Shown here: positions 24,618 through 38,551 of the stretch, in pieces
Position numbering within the stretch: position 1 is the first letter of the stretch
How the letters are laid out: each line of letters starts with the position of its first letter
Origin: Leucoraja erinacea
Taxonomy: Eukaryota
Length of the DNA: 64,000 nucleotides
Reading direction: 5' to 3'
Assembly (NCBI RefSeq): GCF_028641065.1
Contig: NC_073383.1
Span: forward strand, 2,108,001-2,172,000
Position numbers and translations under genes: made by a program
The notes under the pieces: model-generated
Told to the model about the DNA's origin: nothing
The model's database searches: none
What the model saw: the letters and a program-made list of their open reading frames with translations, nothing else

Positions 24618-26459
24618 TTGGTCCGGAAGGCTTTTCCAGAAATGTGTTTGTAATGTAAATGATTCAGAACACAGAGACAGCAGAAAAAGAACAACATACA
24701 AACCATGAATGCTGAAAAGGCACCTGAGAGTATCTGATGCGTCAATTATCTTTTTAAAAAAAATTGCAGCCACGTCATTTTAAATAAGCTTTTATCTTTT
24801 GAACACTTGAATCATTTTAGATTTTCAATAAAAAAGGCACTGTGCGGAGATGTGTCATATGTTCATAGAAGATCAGCACGGAAAGTGGCCCTTCAGCCCA
24901 TCATGTCCATACTGGCCATCAATCACTCCTTTTCACTAAACCTGCATTTATCTCATGTTATTGTGAAGATAGACAGGAAATGCTGTAGTAACTCAGCGGG
25001 TCAGGCAGTATCGCTGGATAGAAGGAATGGGTGACGTTTCGGGTCGTGACCCTTCTTCTATTCATTGTTCCGAGATACTCATCAACTCCCCCACATTCTA
25101 CAACTCCCTACACATAAAGGACAATATATAGTGGCCAATTAACCGACCAACCCGCATGTCTTTTGGACATGAAAGGAAACTGGAGAACTTGGAGAAAACA
25201 TATGCGGGAAGGAGGGAGAGCGTGCAATCTACTTACATGTCCTTAAAATCTACTTACCAGTATGTAGGTAAAGTGTGAGGTGGTGGGATTTATCGGCGAG
25301 ATCTTCCAAAGAGCTCGCAGAACATGAGGGCCTCCCATGTAGACTGGAGGCATCTTTGATATAATCCAGTTATTCCTGACCATGGAAATTTAGACCTCTC
25401 AACAAATACACATCAGTAAGGCTCAAAATGCTGGAGTAACTTAGGTAGCATTTCCGGAGAGAAGGAATATGTGACATTTCGGGTCGAGACCCTTCTTCAG
25501 ACTGTCCCGCTGAGTTACTCGGCATTTTGTGTCGATCTCCACTGAGCAGAACCCTGGCTGAGCCTTCAATGCAGTGCAGAGGGAGGTTGTACAGTACGAT
25601 ACGTTACGACATGATATGATAGGTTTATTCCAGGAGGGAAATTGATCTACCAACAGTCATAAAAACACAAAAACGCAAGAGACATGATACGTAAAATTAA
25701 AGTGACTAGTGGAAAGGATTGGGGATGTGCAAAGATTGGGGGGGGGGGGGGGGGGAGGTGCCCCGCGACGTGGACTCTTCTGCTATGGGGCCACTGCATC
25801 TCTGGAGAAAAGGAATAGGTGACGTTTTGGGTTGAGGCCCTTCTTCAGATTCCTTTTCTCCAGAGATACTGTGTGACCCGCTGAGTTACTCCAGCTTTCT
25901 GTGTCTATCTTCAGTTTGAACCAGCATCTGCAGTTCCTTCCTAAACATCTGGGACAAAACAGTATCCTCGATTAGCATCCCATGACCAACATTGTGTATA
26001 TAATCATGAGAGGAATAGAGCGGGTAGATGCACAGATTCTCTAGCCCAGAGTAGGTGAATCGAGAACCAGAGGACATAGGTTTAAGGTGAAGGGGAAAAG
26101 ATTTAATAGGAATCTGAGGTGTCATTTGTTTCGCACAAAGGGTGATGGGTGTATGGAACAAGCTGCCAGAGGAGGTAGTTGAGGCTGGGAGAGAAGAAAC
26201 GTTTAAGAAACAGTTAGACAGATACATGGATAGGACAGGTTTGGAAGGAGATGCAGGCAGTCGGAACAAGTGTAGACAATAGACAATAGGTGCAGGAGTA
26301 GGTCATTCAGCCCTTTGTGATCATGGCTGATCATCCCCAATCAGTGCCCCATTCCTGCCTTCTCCCCATATCCCCTGACTCCGCTATCTTTAAGAGCCCT
26401 ATCTAGCTCTCTCTTGAAACCATCCTGAGGGAGAAAATTCCACACTCACAACTTTCTGT

Positions 26460-27496
26460 AGGTATGTTACAAAGCCTACCTGAAGCGTCGCTGAAAATCT
26501 GGCGCTGCGGGTGTGCGCGATTTTGGCGCCGTTTAGAGGGGGCGGGTTTAAAACGTGATTTTCACTAGGCTGTTCCAATCGAAGATGTTCAGCCTAGTAA
26601 ATCATTAGCGAAAAATCGCTGAAAGACCCCGTCGCAAAAGGTATTATTAGTTTTTATAGCCTTGTTTAATAGTTATAATAGTTTAAAAATCACTCTCTAA
26701 ACCCGCGACCTCACGCAACCACAGGGCCGCATGGAGCTGTCTACAGAAGGTATGTAGCTTATTTTTACATTAAATGGGGCTTCTTAAGAACCCTTTATAC
26801 AAAGTTTACTATTGCGAGTAGCTAATTTTGGGTTCTTTATATCCCGCAGTATTTTTCTGGGCATTTGAGGCACAAATCCACTGCAATGTGAACGTTCTGA
26901 ACCAGCGCGTTCACAGGATCCCACTGGAAAGCTGATTTAAAATGGACTTTAATTTACAGCAATTGAACACTAAATTCCTTCCATTTGGCCTATAAATTAA
27001 TGTAAATGAGATTTAAAAATCATGTTTTATTGTGACTTATTTATGAATATTATTTGGATACTTAGGATATTTAAAAACGTTAATCATTTATTAAGAAATG
27101 GATAGATGTTTAGATCTAGTAATTGAAGTTTGAAATTAGTTACACTTGGGTAACTAACTAATTATATGCTTTAATTTCAGGTCATCCAAGTAAAATTATT
27201 TTATATTTGTTTCAGAATGGTTTAACCTATGATAACTGAAAATTTCATTCAGTTCTCTTAATTTTTAAGAAGGTTATGGGCTTTTGACTGCACACGATCA
27301 CAGCTTTTTTGTTATGTCCATAGAAAATCAATAGGGAACAAGATGCTTATTTCCGAGTATGAAAATGGCCATAACTTTTTAAATACCTGAGATATGAAAG
27401 TGAATTATGTGTCAAATTAAACTTCTTTTTATGCTTTATCTGATGGGATAAATTACAGACTTGATTTTTTAAATCTCAAAATTTTGTAACATTGCT
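26460..27496. mobile_element. MITE of 1037 bp with 14-bp imperfect TIRs and flanking ACTTTCTGT direct repeat, copy A
   Basis: AGGTATGTTACAAA ... TTTGTAACATTGCT, with ACTTTCTGT at 26451-26459 and 27497-27505. Inserted in a CR1 3' fragment. Confidence 0.85.
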
Positions 27497-28363
27497 ACTT
27501 TCTGTGTGAAAAAATGGCCATTGGCTTCTTTATAATGCCACTGACCAAAATGTGCAGGCCCCTGGGGAAGCAGCCATCAGCATTTTCTCCACCAAGTCTC
27601 ATATAGTGATGGCTTCAATTTAAATTGTGCATCTTTCACCCTGGCTCAACCAAACTCCTGGGTCCTTACAAGCAACACCCATGTGAACACCTCCCAACAG
27701 CCATGGTAGCGCAGTGGTAGAGCTGCTGCTTTACACCACTTGCAGCGCCAGAGACCTAGGTTCCATCCCGACTACGGGTGCTGTCTGAATGGTGTTTGTT
27801 CGTTAGGTGAAAAAGTGTTTCCTCATCTCCGTTCTAAATGGCTTACCTCTTATTCTTAAACTGTGACCCCTGATTCTCGACTCCCCCAACATCGGGAACA
27901 TGTTTCCTGCCTCTAGCGTGTCCAAAGCCTTAATAATCATATATTTCAATCAGATCCCGTCTCATCCTTCTAAACTCCAGAATATAATTACAAGTGTGTA
28001 ATGTCTGCAATTTCTTCAACATCAAATAACGTTATGTTCATTATTCTTCTCTCCCTTCTTTAGACGGAATATTTATACCCTTGGCGCACCATTGGTTTGT
28101 GAATGATCGACATGCATGGTAGGTTTGACAGAACCTCCCAAACACACAATCTCTGTCACTAGTGGCAGAGGCATCAGATACATGGGGACTCCACCAATTC
28201 CATGCTTCCATCCAAGTCATGTGTTGGAAATTATATCAGTGCTCCCTCTAAGTCAATGGGTCTAAATCCAGGAACTCTCTACTCTACAAGATTGTGGAAG
28301 TATGATCACCACAGCAGCTGCAATGGTTAAAGATGGGGCATACTATAAGCTCAAGGACAAAGA

Positions 28364-28662
28364 CCGACATGGTGGTGCAGCGGTAGAGTTGCTGCCTTAC
28401 AGCGCTTACAGCACCAGAGAACCGGGTTCAATCCCGACTATGGGTGCTGTCTTTACATTGTTTGTACGTTCTCCCCGTGACCAGTGTGGGTTTTCTCTGG
28501 GAGCTTCGGTTTCCTACCACAGTCCAACGACATACAGGGTTTGTAGGTCAATTGGCTTGGCGTAAGTGTAAATTGTTCCTAATGTGTGTGCAGGATAGTG
28601 TTAGTGTGCGGGTGCAGAGTCAGTGGGCCCAAGGGCCTGTATTTCTAAACTAAACTAAACTA
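28364..28662 (+). mobile_element. tRNA-derived SINE
   Basis: TGGTGCAGCGGTAGAG A-box, GGTTCAATCCC B-box and (TAAAC)n tail. Confidence 0.8.
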
Positions 28663-28814
28663 GTGATGGGCAAGAAAAACTGTTCTTGCTGACAAGCATG
28701 GAAGAAAAACATTCAGCTGTGAACAGAGAGGAGGAAATGGATCCAATTTGTCCAGGATCTGTCCAGGATCTGAAGAAGGGTTTCGGCCCGAAACGTTGCC
28801 TATTTCCTTCGCTC

Positions 28815-29685
28815 AATACAATACCATACAATACCATTTATTTGTCATTTGAACCTCACATGAGGTTCAAACAAAATTTGTTTTCTGCAGCCATACAAGA
28901 AAAGAACCAAGACACACACCAACACAATGAAGAACCAAGACACAACACAATTTACATGAACATCTATCACAGTGAATCTCCTCCTCACTGTGATGGAAGG
29001 CAAAGTCTTATCTCTCCCCTGCACTCCTTGTTCTCCTCCCGATGTCAGAGTCAAAGCCCCCGGCGGGCGATGGTAAATAAGTCCCGCGGCAATTATAAAG
29101 CCGCGCCAGGTGATGCAAGGCCGCGCTCCGGGTCTTGGTGTTAGAGCCCCCGGCGTGCGCTAACAAGTCCCGCGGCAATTATAAAGCCTCGCCAGGCGAT
29201 GTAAGGCCCCGTTCCAGGTCATCCTCAACCCCACAACTCGGGTGGGAGAAGTCGCCGTTGCGGAAGCCCCGAAAAGCAGTCTCCCAGCAGGGACCCGCGG
29301 GCTCCCGGTGTTACTGTCCACCAGACCTGCGTTAAGCCTCCGAATCTCCGGGGTTGGGCCGCAGCAGCTTGCCACCACCACTCCACCCGCTCCGAACTGG
29401 GCCAGCTCCACGATGGTGGGTAAGTCCGCAGGCTCCGCGACTGGAGCCCCAGGTGGTTCCGGTTGGAGGCCGCTCCACGGTGCTCGGCCCCAACGACAAT
29501 GGAGACCCGACAGGGAAAAGGTCGGGTTCTCCGTGTAGGGGAAAGATTTTTAAGAGTTCTCCCCCCCCCCCGCCCCCCACACACATACCCAGTTTAAAAA
29601 AAAAAAAAATTACATACAACGAGACGAAAAAAAAACGACAGACGGACTGCAGAGGCCGCTGCGACGTGAGTCGCACCGCCCACCC
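28815..29685 (-). mobile_element. Unclassified GC-rich non-autonomous retroelement (about 870 bp)
   Basis: Related copies at 15630-16210, 39865-40765, 52660-53415 and 53600-54240. Ends TGACAAATAAA plus a short tandem tail. Confidence 0.6.
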
Positions 29686-29979
29686 AGACCCACCCACTCC
29701 ATAGATGCTGCCGCACCCGCTGAGTTTCTCCAGCTTTTTTGTGTACTTGTCCAGGATTAAACCCGTTTGAAACAAGTGCAGTTTAAGAAGCCATTCTTTA
29801 ATGTCAACATTAAGAAGGTTCCCTGTTTGTTGGTTAAGAAGCAATTTTAACTTGTATTGGATTATTGCATGGAAATTAAATTCAACAAGGTTCTTAATAA
29901 TCAAGTGAAAGACATTTTTTTTCAACTCACAAATGATAACATTTAGGATTTGTGAGGAGAATTTTGAAGAACTCCATAT

Positions 29980-30296
29980 GGGACGGCACGGTGATGCAGC
30001 AGTAGAGTTGCAGCCTCACAGCGCTTACAGTGCCAGAGACCCAGGTTCGATCCCGACCTGCGGAGTTTGTACGTTCTCCATGTGACCATGTGGGTTATTT
30101 CCGGGATCTTCGGTTTCCTCCCACACTCCACAAAGACATACAGGTTTGTAGGTTAATTGGCTTGGTATAAATGTAAATTGGCCCTAGTATAGTGTAGGAT
30201 AGTGTTAGTGTGCGAGGATCGCTGGTCGGTGCGGACTCGATGGGCCGAAGGGCCTGTTTCTGTGCTGTATCTCTAAACTAAACTAAACTTAACTAA
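29980..30296 (+). mobile_element. tRNA-derived SINE (empty-site copy)
   Basis: Same SINE as 17743-18832 without the CR1. Confidence 0.8.
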
Positions 30297-30297
30297 A

Positions 30298-30591
30298 AAT
30301 GTGTCTGTAAAACCCAGTGGTGGAGTTGCAGCCATCCCAGTCACTGTATCCCCTATATTTTTCAGGTCTCTGGAAGTGCTGAGAGCTTCTGTCGATGGGC
30401 TGCTCATAGAAGATCTAGACATCATCCATCACCAACAGTAGTAGTGTCACAAGAGCGGAAATGATCATAAACTGAGAGGGACAGTAGTCCTCGCATTCCA
30501 CCATTTTCCCTCCAAAGTCAGACAACTTGGTCATCCTTCCCCTGTGATTCTCCCAGGCTTGTAGACTCCTTAGATATCTCCTTCAAAATTT
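30298..30591 (-). pseudogene. Degenerate gamma-crystallin pseudogene, copy B
   Basis: Near-identical duplicate of 18835-19128 inside the second segmental copy. Confidence 0.85.
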
Positions 30592-32214
30592 ATGACCTTT
30601 AGGCCAAGGGTGTCGAAGACATAGGAACACCATCAACTGCAAGTGGTCCTCCAAGGGTTACCCCATCTTGACGCAGTCTGAAGAAGGGTCATGGCCCGAA
30701 ACGTCACCCATTCCTTCGCTCCAGAGATGCTGCCTCAACCCAGCTTTTTGTGTTCTTCTTTGACTTGGAAATCTATCCACAATTCTTCCCCATCACTGGG
30801 TCAATGTCCTGGAACTATCTCTCCTAACAACGTTGTGGGTGTACACAGACCTAAAGGGCTGTAGTGGTTCAAGACAGCTGCTCACCACCACCATCTCAAA
30901 GGCAATTCAATATGGGCAATCATTGATGACAGCCTATAAGCCCACACCTCTAGAATGGAAAAAATAATTGTAGCTATCAAGGTCCAGGTAATGCACTTGT
31001 AGGTTCCTAACAAGCTGTGTGTTTCTTTATCATTCCCACTTGTGGGGCCTTGATCACCACCACCAATGTCACTCTTCCTTGATCTTTCTTGGCTTCATCG
31101 AAACTCATTTACTTTTTTGATTAAAAGATAAATTACTGGAAGAACTGAGCTGGTCAAGCAGGAGATAAATGCAAAAAGCTGGAGTAAATCAGCGGGCCAG
31201 GCAGCATCTCTGGAGACAAGGAATGGAGACCCTTCTTCAGGCTGAGAGTCAGGGGAAAGGCAAACGAGAGATAGACGGTGATATTGAGTGATATAGATCA
31301 AATGAATGAAAGATACAGAATGCGATAAAAGTAATTATGATAAAGGCCATTGTTAGCTGTGTACCAGGAAACGTGTACAGACAATGAGACTCAACAAGGT
31401 GACTGAAGCTGGTACGACGATTGGGGAGGGGGGGTAGAGAGAGAGGAGAGATGCGCGGGTTATTTGAAGTTAGAGAAATCGATATTCAAGCAGGATGTAC
31501 AGAGGCAAAGGGATAGTCAATATTTCTGAGACTTTGCAACAGATGAGGAGATATTCAGCCCATCAAGTCTATTTGGCACATCAAGTCTCCGCCATTCAAC
31601 CATGGCTGATCCATTTCTCCCTCCTAACCCCATTCTCCTGCCTTCTCCCCATAACCCCTGACACCCGCACTAATCAAATGGGTCAAGCGAAAGCAAATAG
31701 GATTAGCCTATCTCAGGCTAATAACAATGGCCTTATTCTGGGGCTTTAGTCTTTATTCTAGAAATTTATCTCAGGCATTGATTAAAGAATGGAACATATG
31801 TATTCAGGCAGTGAAGAAAGCTAATGGAATGTTGGCCTTCATAACAAGAGGATTTCAGTATAAGTGTAAAGAGGTCCTTCTGCAGTTGTATAGATACATA
31901 GAACATAGGTGCAGGAGTAGACCATTCGGCCCTTCGAGCCTGCACCGCCATTCAATATGATGATGGCTGATCATCCAACTCAGTATCCCGTACCTGCCTT
32001 CTCTCCATACCCCCTAATCCTTTTAGCCACAAGGGCCTCATCTATAGGGCTTTGGTAAGACCACATCTGGAGTATTGTGTGCAGTTTTAGCCTCCTAATT
32101 TGAGGAAGGGCATCCTTGTGATTGAGGCAGGGCAGCGTAGGTTCACGTGATTGATCTCTGGGATGGCGGGACTGCCATATGAGGAAAGATTGAAAAGAAT
32201 AATGAATCATATTT

Positions 32215-33348
32215 TCAAATGAGGGGCTTTTCGAAATCATAAGGTAAACCTCTACCGGAATATGTAAAAAAATCACTGTTACCGCGTCGGGTTTTCGAGG
32301 AGATGTGAATCACATGTGAAAACACACACACACACACACACGCACGCACGCACACACACACACACACATCCAAGATCAGCGTTTTAATAGTTACTAGACC
32401 AAGTGCAGACCCGTTGGGTCTGCTCCCCCAATGCAGCCATTCCCTACCCATAGCCCCCACGGGAGGCATGGTCCTCCAACTCAAGCAGCTCAGGAATCAG
32501 CAGTTCGGCTGTTTTTAAATGGCATCTTTGAGGCGAGAAGCGGGCGCCAGCAGCCATTATGGTCGCTGGCCAGCAGGAGGCGTCAAAATGAGTGAGTGGG
32601 GGGGGGAGAAGAATGTTATTAAAAATGTGTACATAAACACGACAAAATTTAATGAGTGGATACTTGGAATGAAATGTGAAATCTCTACCGAAATGGAAAA
32701 AATCAGGGCGTTTGTGGGTCGAGTGTTGGCGTGGCAACGAATCAAAGGCTGGCAGGCACGTCAGAAACACACACAGCCACGTAGCCAGACACACACACAG
32801 TTTTATATATATACTAGACCAAGTGCAGACCCGTTGGGTCTGCTCCCCCAATGGTGTGATCCCCCAACCCAATATTCCGCCATGCACCCGTCTCCTCCAT
32901 TGGAACTGAGCCCGTTCCCAAATGTAAGATTGCAGCCCTCCCCTGCCTGCTGCAGCAGTGAAAAGTTCAGTGTTCCTCTCTTGCAACTTTGTTTCGAAGT
33001 GTGTTGGAAGCTGACATGTAAATGGAGAAGCCTGTTTATTTTTGAAATACTTGGGGGTGGGTGGGAGAAGGATTTGATTAAAAACATGTACTTCAACATG
33101 ACGAAATGAAATGAGGAGCGGATACTTAGAAAGAAAAGCGAAATCTCTACCGAAATGGAAAATATCTCGGAGATTGAGCATCTGGATTGGGCGTGGCAAT
33201 GAATCAAAGGAAGAAATGCAGCCGGCAGCCGTACATGCAAATGAATCCATTCCGATTGGACATCTGCGAGCATCGGCCATTCCGATTGGACATCTGCGAG
33301 TATCGGGCACGAATCGAAAGGCAGGAAGGGATCCGTACTGCAGGCGGA
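32215..33348 (-). mobile_element. Head-to-tail Helitron array, copy B (runs into gap)
   Basis: Intact hairpin-CTAG|T 3' ends at 32394-32397 and 32814-32817. Confidence 0.7.
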
Positions 33349-33574
33349 NNNNNNNNNNNNNNNNNNNNNNNNNNNNNNNNNNNNNNNNNNNNNNNNNNNN
33401 NNNNNNNNNNNNNNNNNNNNNNNNNNNNNNNNNNNNNNNNNNNNNNNNNNNNNNNNNNNNNNNNNNNNNNNNNNNNNNNNNNNNNNNNNNNNNNATTTAG
33501 ACAATTGTCTTGAAAAGGGTATTTTATTTTCAGAAGTATTTCCTCAGAATAATATTGTGCATATTGAGAATAAT

Positions 33575-35611
33575 CTAGAAGTCCCTCATGCGCCTGAAAG
33601 ACCCGATGGTGGAGTTGTATCCGCCCCAGTCATTGTATCTCCTGTACTCCCCGGGTCTCATGAAGTACTGTCGGCCTCTGTAGTTGGCTTGTTCATAGAA
33701 GATCCAGTAACCATCCATCACGTGGCAGGAGTGAATGTCATGGTAACGGAAACGATCGTAGACGGAGGGACAGTCTTCCATGAATTCCATCGTCTGTCCT
33801 CCAAAGTCAGGCCTCTCGTAAATCTTCATCCTGTAGTTTCCACCTCGGTACTGGAATAAAGGATATAAACATGTCAAAGGTGCCTACATTAATAAAGAGA
33901 TTATACCAAGCAAGTAGTAGCAAGCCTCAGTAATGATCAATTATAAATTACATTTCCAATCTAGCGTTAATGAAGTCAAAGAAGTCAAAGTGTATTTTAG
34001 GAAAGAACTGCAGATGCTGGTTTAAATAGACGCAAAATGTTGGAGTAACTCAACGGGACAGGCAGCATCTCTGGAGAGAAGGATGGGTGACGTTTGGGTT
34101 GAGATTGTTAGTGGAAGCATTGAAGACTGAGAGTCAGGGGAGTGGGCGGGACAGAGATAAAATGTATCAAGGAATCATCTCCGATGGTAAGTCCCGCCGG
34201 AGATACGATCGAACGATAACATTTGAAATAAATGTTTCGCCCGCCCATCCCCCACATAAAACAAACCATAGAACATTTAAAACAAACTAAAAATAACAAA
34301 AAACAGACGAAAAGGCAGACAGACCTTTGGCGAGGCTGCCATCCAAGCACACCTGGTGTTTACCTGTACGTCTTTGGAGTGAGGGTAGAAACCGCAGCTC
34401 TCAGAGAAAACACATGCAGGTCAGGCGGAGAATGAACAAACTCTGTACAGACAAGCACTGGTAGTCAGGATCTACCCCTGGTCTCTGGCGATGTCAGGCA
34501 GCAACTCGACCGCTCCACTAAGTTATGCCAATCTTTTAACATTAACCAAATTCTGCAGATATTCACGAAGGAAGCCATTCATCCTGTTGAGTCCTTGCCA
34601 GTCAACATCCTTCACTGCCCAATTCCATTTCCCTGCTCTCTGTGTTTTCAGTGCTCATTTGAATGCAGTGAAAGCTTCTGTCGCTATCTCTGTCACAAAG
34701 GCAGTCACAAGGGCGGCCACGTTGCAGCGCCGGAGATCCGAGTTCGATCCCGACTGCAGGTTCACCCCGTGACTAGCGTGTGCTTTCTCCGAGATCTTCA
34801 GTTTCCTCCCACACTCCAAAGACGTGCTTGTTTGTAGGTTAATTGGCTTGGTAATTGGAAAAATTGTCCCTAGAGTGTGTTAGTGTGTAGACCCGCGCTG
34901 TATCTCAAAGCTAAACTAAAGTCTCAAACCTCCACTGTAGATAGATGACAAGTATTTCCTCAGTACCCGTTCAATGCTTCCAATAACCATCTTTACCCAA
35001 ACCCCTCACAACCAAAGAAACAGGCCCACTAGAATCACCTGTATCAGATTCACCACCTTCCTACGCTAATCTCACAGCCTTTAACAGCCAAACATCCACT
35101 GATGCTGAAAATGCAAGCAATTAAATCTGGCTAACAATTGTTATCAGCATAACAAATTAGACAAAGAGAAACATTTCCCTAAAGATTGCTGGCAAGTCCA
35201 GTTCTAGCAAATGCTGGTGAAGTGGGAGCACTGTTTCAAGTGACCTGCAACAATAATCATAGACTGGAACTCACGTGTGGGTAGCTACGACAGGACCTGA
35301 TGTTGTCATTGAATCCCATCCAGCGCTGGTAGTCAGGATACTCCCCCCTGTTCAGGACATACTGGTACCCCATGTAGTTTGGTTTCTCGTACGCCACCCA
35401 CCAGTCACTCTCCACACGGATGGAGTTACAGCGGCTGAAGTAAGGGGACAGGTCGGCACAGTCGGTGCTGCACTCATAGTGCCGACCCTGGAAGTTCCTG
35501 TCCTCGTAGAAGATGATCTGTGGAGAGAAATAAATAGTTTGGGTCAGATTAGGAGGCGCACGATGTTTAAAGTGTACTTCCCCAAATCAGATTTAATCTT
35601 GCCTTTCCCAT
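33575..35611 (-). CDS. cryg: Gamma-crystallin gene 3 (duplicate of gene 2); exons 35603-35611, 35275-35517, 33575-33850
   Basis: Near-identical to gene 2 including introns, with an open frame and a GC donor in intron 1. TATA at 35665-35672 and AATAAA at 33523-33528. Confidence 0.93.
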
Positions 35612-35664
35612 TTTAGTTCACAGTCAACACCAATCTGTGGTCTACCTGTAGCTACAATTTGCCC

Positions 35665-35672
35665 TTTATATA
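35665..35672 (-). promoter_or_regulatory. TATA box of gene 3
   Basis: TATATAAA about 55 nt upstream of the ATG at 35611. Confidence 0.75.
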
Positions 35673-37516
35673 TTGGACAGGAAGGCTTTTCCAGAAATGT
35701 GTTTGTAATGTAAATGATTCAGAACACAGAGACAGCAGAAAAAGAACAACATACAAACCATGAATGCTGAAAAGGCACCTGAGAGTATCTGATGCGTCAA
35801 TTATCTTTTTAAAAAAAATTGCAGCCACGTCATTTTAAATAAGCCTTTATCTTTTGACACTTGAATCATTTTAGATTTTCAATAAAAAAGGCACTGTGCG
35901 GAGATGTGTCATATGTTCATAGAAGATCAGCACGGAAACTGGCCCTTCAGCCCATCATGTCCATACTGGCCATCAATCACTCCTTTACACTAAACCTGCA
36001 TTTATCTCATGTTATTGTGAAGATAGACAGGAAATGCTGTAGTAACTCAGCGGGTCAGGCGGTATCGCTGGATAGAAGGAATGGGTGACGTTTCGGTTCG
36101 TGACACTTCTTCTATTCATTGTTCCGAGATACTCATCAACTCTCCCACATTCTACAACTCCCTACACATAAAGGACAATATATAGTGGCCAATTAACCCG
36201 ACCAACCCGCATGTCTTTTGGACATGAAAGGAAACTGGAGAACTTGGAGAAAACATATGCGGGAAGGAGGGAGAGCGTGCAATCTACTTACAAGTCCTTA
36301 CAATCTACTTACCAGTATGTAGGTAAAGTGTGAGGTGGTGGGATTTATCGGCGAGATCTTCCAAAGATCTCGCAGAACATGAGGGCCTCCCATGTAGGCT
36401 GGAGGCATCTTTGATATAATCCAGTTATTCCTGACCATGGAAATTTAGACCTCTCAACAAATGCACATCAGTAAGGCTCAAAATGCTGGAGTAACTCAGG
36501 TAACATCTCTGGAGAGAAGGAATATGTGACATTTCGGGTCGAGACCCTTCTTCAGACTGTCCCGCTGAGTTACTCGGCATTTTGTGTCGATCTCCACTGA
36601 GCAGAACCCTGGCTGAGCCTTCAATGCAGTGCAGAGGGAGGTTGTACAGTACGATACGATACGGTACGATACGATACGATATGATAGGTTTATTCCAGGA
36701 GGGAAATTGATCTGCCAATAATCATAAAAACACAAAAACGCAAGTGACATGATACATGAAATTAAAGTGATGAGTGGAAAGGATTGGGGATGTGCAAAGA
36801 TTTGGGGGGTGGAGGGGCCCCGCGACGTGGACTCTTCTGCTACGGGGCCACTGCATCTCTGGAGAAAAGGAATAGGTGACGTTTTGGGTTGAGGCCCTTC
36901 TTCAGATTCCTTTTCTCCAGAGATACTGTGTGACCCGCTGAGTTACTCCAGCTTTCTGTGTCTATCTTCTGTTTAAACCAGCATCTGCAGTTCCTTCCTA
37001 AACATCTGGGACAAAACAGTATCCTTGATTAGCATCCCATGACCAACATTGTGTATATAATCATGAGAGGAATAGAGCGGGTAGATGCACAGATTCTCTT
37101 GCCCAGAGTAGGTGAATCGAGGACCAGAGGACATAGGTTTAAGGTGAAGGGGAAAAGATTTAATAGGAATCTGAGGTGTCATTTTTTTCACACAAAGGGT
37201 GATGGGTGTATGGAACAAGCTGCCAGAGGAGGTAGTTGAGGCTGGGAGAGAAGAAACGTTTAAGAAACAGTTAGACAGATATATGGATAGGACAGGTTTG
37301 GAGGGAGATGCAGGCAGTCGGAACAAGTGTAGACAATAGACAATAGGTGCAGGAGTAGGCCATTCAGCCCTTTGTGATCATGGCTGATCATCCCCAATCA
37401 GTGCCCCATTCCTGCCTTCTCCCCATATCCCCTGACTCCGCTATGTTTAAGAGCCCTATCTAGCTCTCTCTTGAAACCATCGTGAGGCAAAAAATTCCAC
37501 ACTCACAACTTTCTGT

Positions 37517-38551
37517 AGGTATGTTACAAAGCCTACCTGAAGCGTCGCTGAAAATCTGGCGCTGCGGGTGTGCGCGATTTTGGCGCCGTTTAGAGGGGGC
37601 GGGTTTAAAACGCGATTTTCACTAGGCTGTTCCAATCGAAGATGTTCAGCCTAGTAAATCATTAACGAAAAATCGCTGAAAGACCCCGTCGCAAAAGGTA
37701 TTATTAGTTTTTATGGCCTTGTATAATAGTTATAATAGTTTAAAAATCACTCTCTAAACCCGGGACCACGCAACCACAGGGCCGCATGGAGCTGTATACA
37801 GAAGGTATGTAGCTTATTTTTACATTAAAAAGGGCTTCTCAAGAACCCTTTATACAAAGTTTACTATTGCGAGTAGCTAATTTTGGGTTCTTTATATCCC
37901 ACAATATTTTTCTGGGCATTTGAGGCACAAATCTACTGCAATGTGAACGTTCTAAACCAGCGCGTTCACAGGATCCCACTGGAAAGCTGATTTAAAATGG
38001 ACTTTAATTTACAGCAATTGAACACTAAATTCCTTCCGTTTGGCCTATAAATTAATGTAAATGAGATTTTAAAATCATGTTTTATTGTGAATTATTTATG
38101 AATATTATTTGGACTCTTAGGCTATTTAAAAATGTTAATCATTTATTAAGAAATGGATAGATGTTTAGATCTAGTAATTGAAGTTTGAAATTAGCTACAC
38201 TTGGGTAACTAACTAATTATATGCTTTAATTTCAGGTCATCCAAGTAAAATTATTTTATATTTGTTTCAGAATGGTTCAATCTATGATAACTGAAAATTT
38301 CATTCAGTTCTCTTAATTTTTAAGAAGGTTATGGGCTTTTGACAGCACACGATCACAGCTTTTTTGTTATGTCCATAGAAAATCAATAGGGAACAAGATG
38401 CTAATTTCTGAGTATGAAAATGGCCATAACTTTTTAAATACTTGAGATATGAAAGTGAATTAGGTGTCAAATTAAACTTATTTTTATGCTTTATCTGATG
38501 GGATAAATTACAGACTTGATTTTTTAAATCTCAAAATTTTGTAACATTGCT
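37517..38551. mobile_element. MITE, copy B
   Basis: Same TIRs as 26460-27496, with ACTTTCTGT at 37508-37516 and 38552-38560. Confidence 0.85.

Larger units (their letters stand above)
17612..29857. repeat. Segmental tandem duplication, copy A (about 12.2 kb)
   Basis: Colinear with 29858-40935 from TGGATTATTGCATGG to AACTTGTAT. Contains the pseudogene, Helitron array, gene 2 and a MITE. Confidence 0.93.

Noticed and set aside
32444-33310. 288-aa ORF with internal repetition
   Set aside because: It spans non-autonomous Helitron units, has no Rep or helicase motifs, and is broken in copy A.
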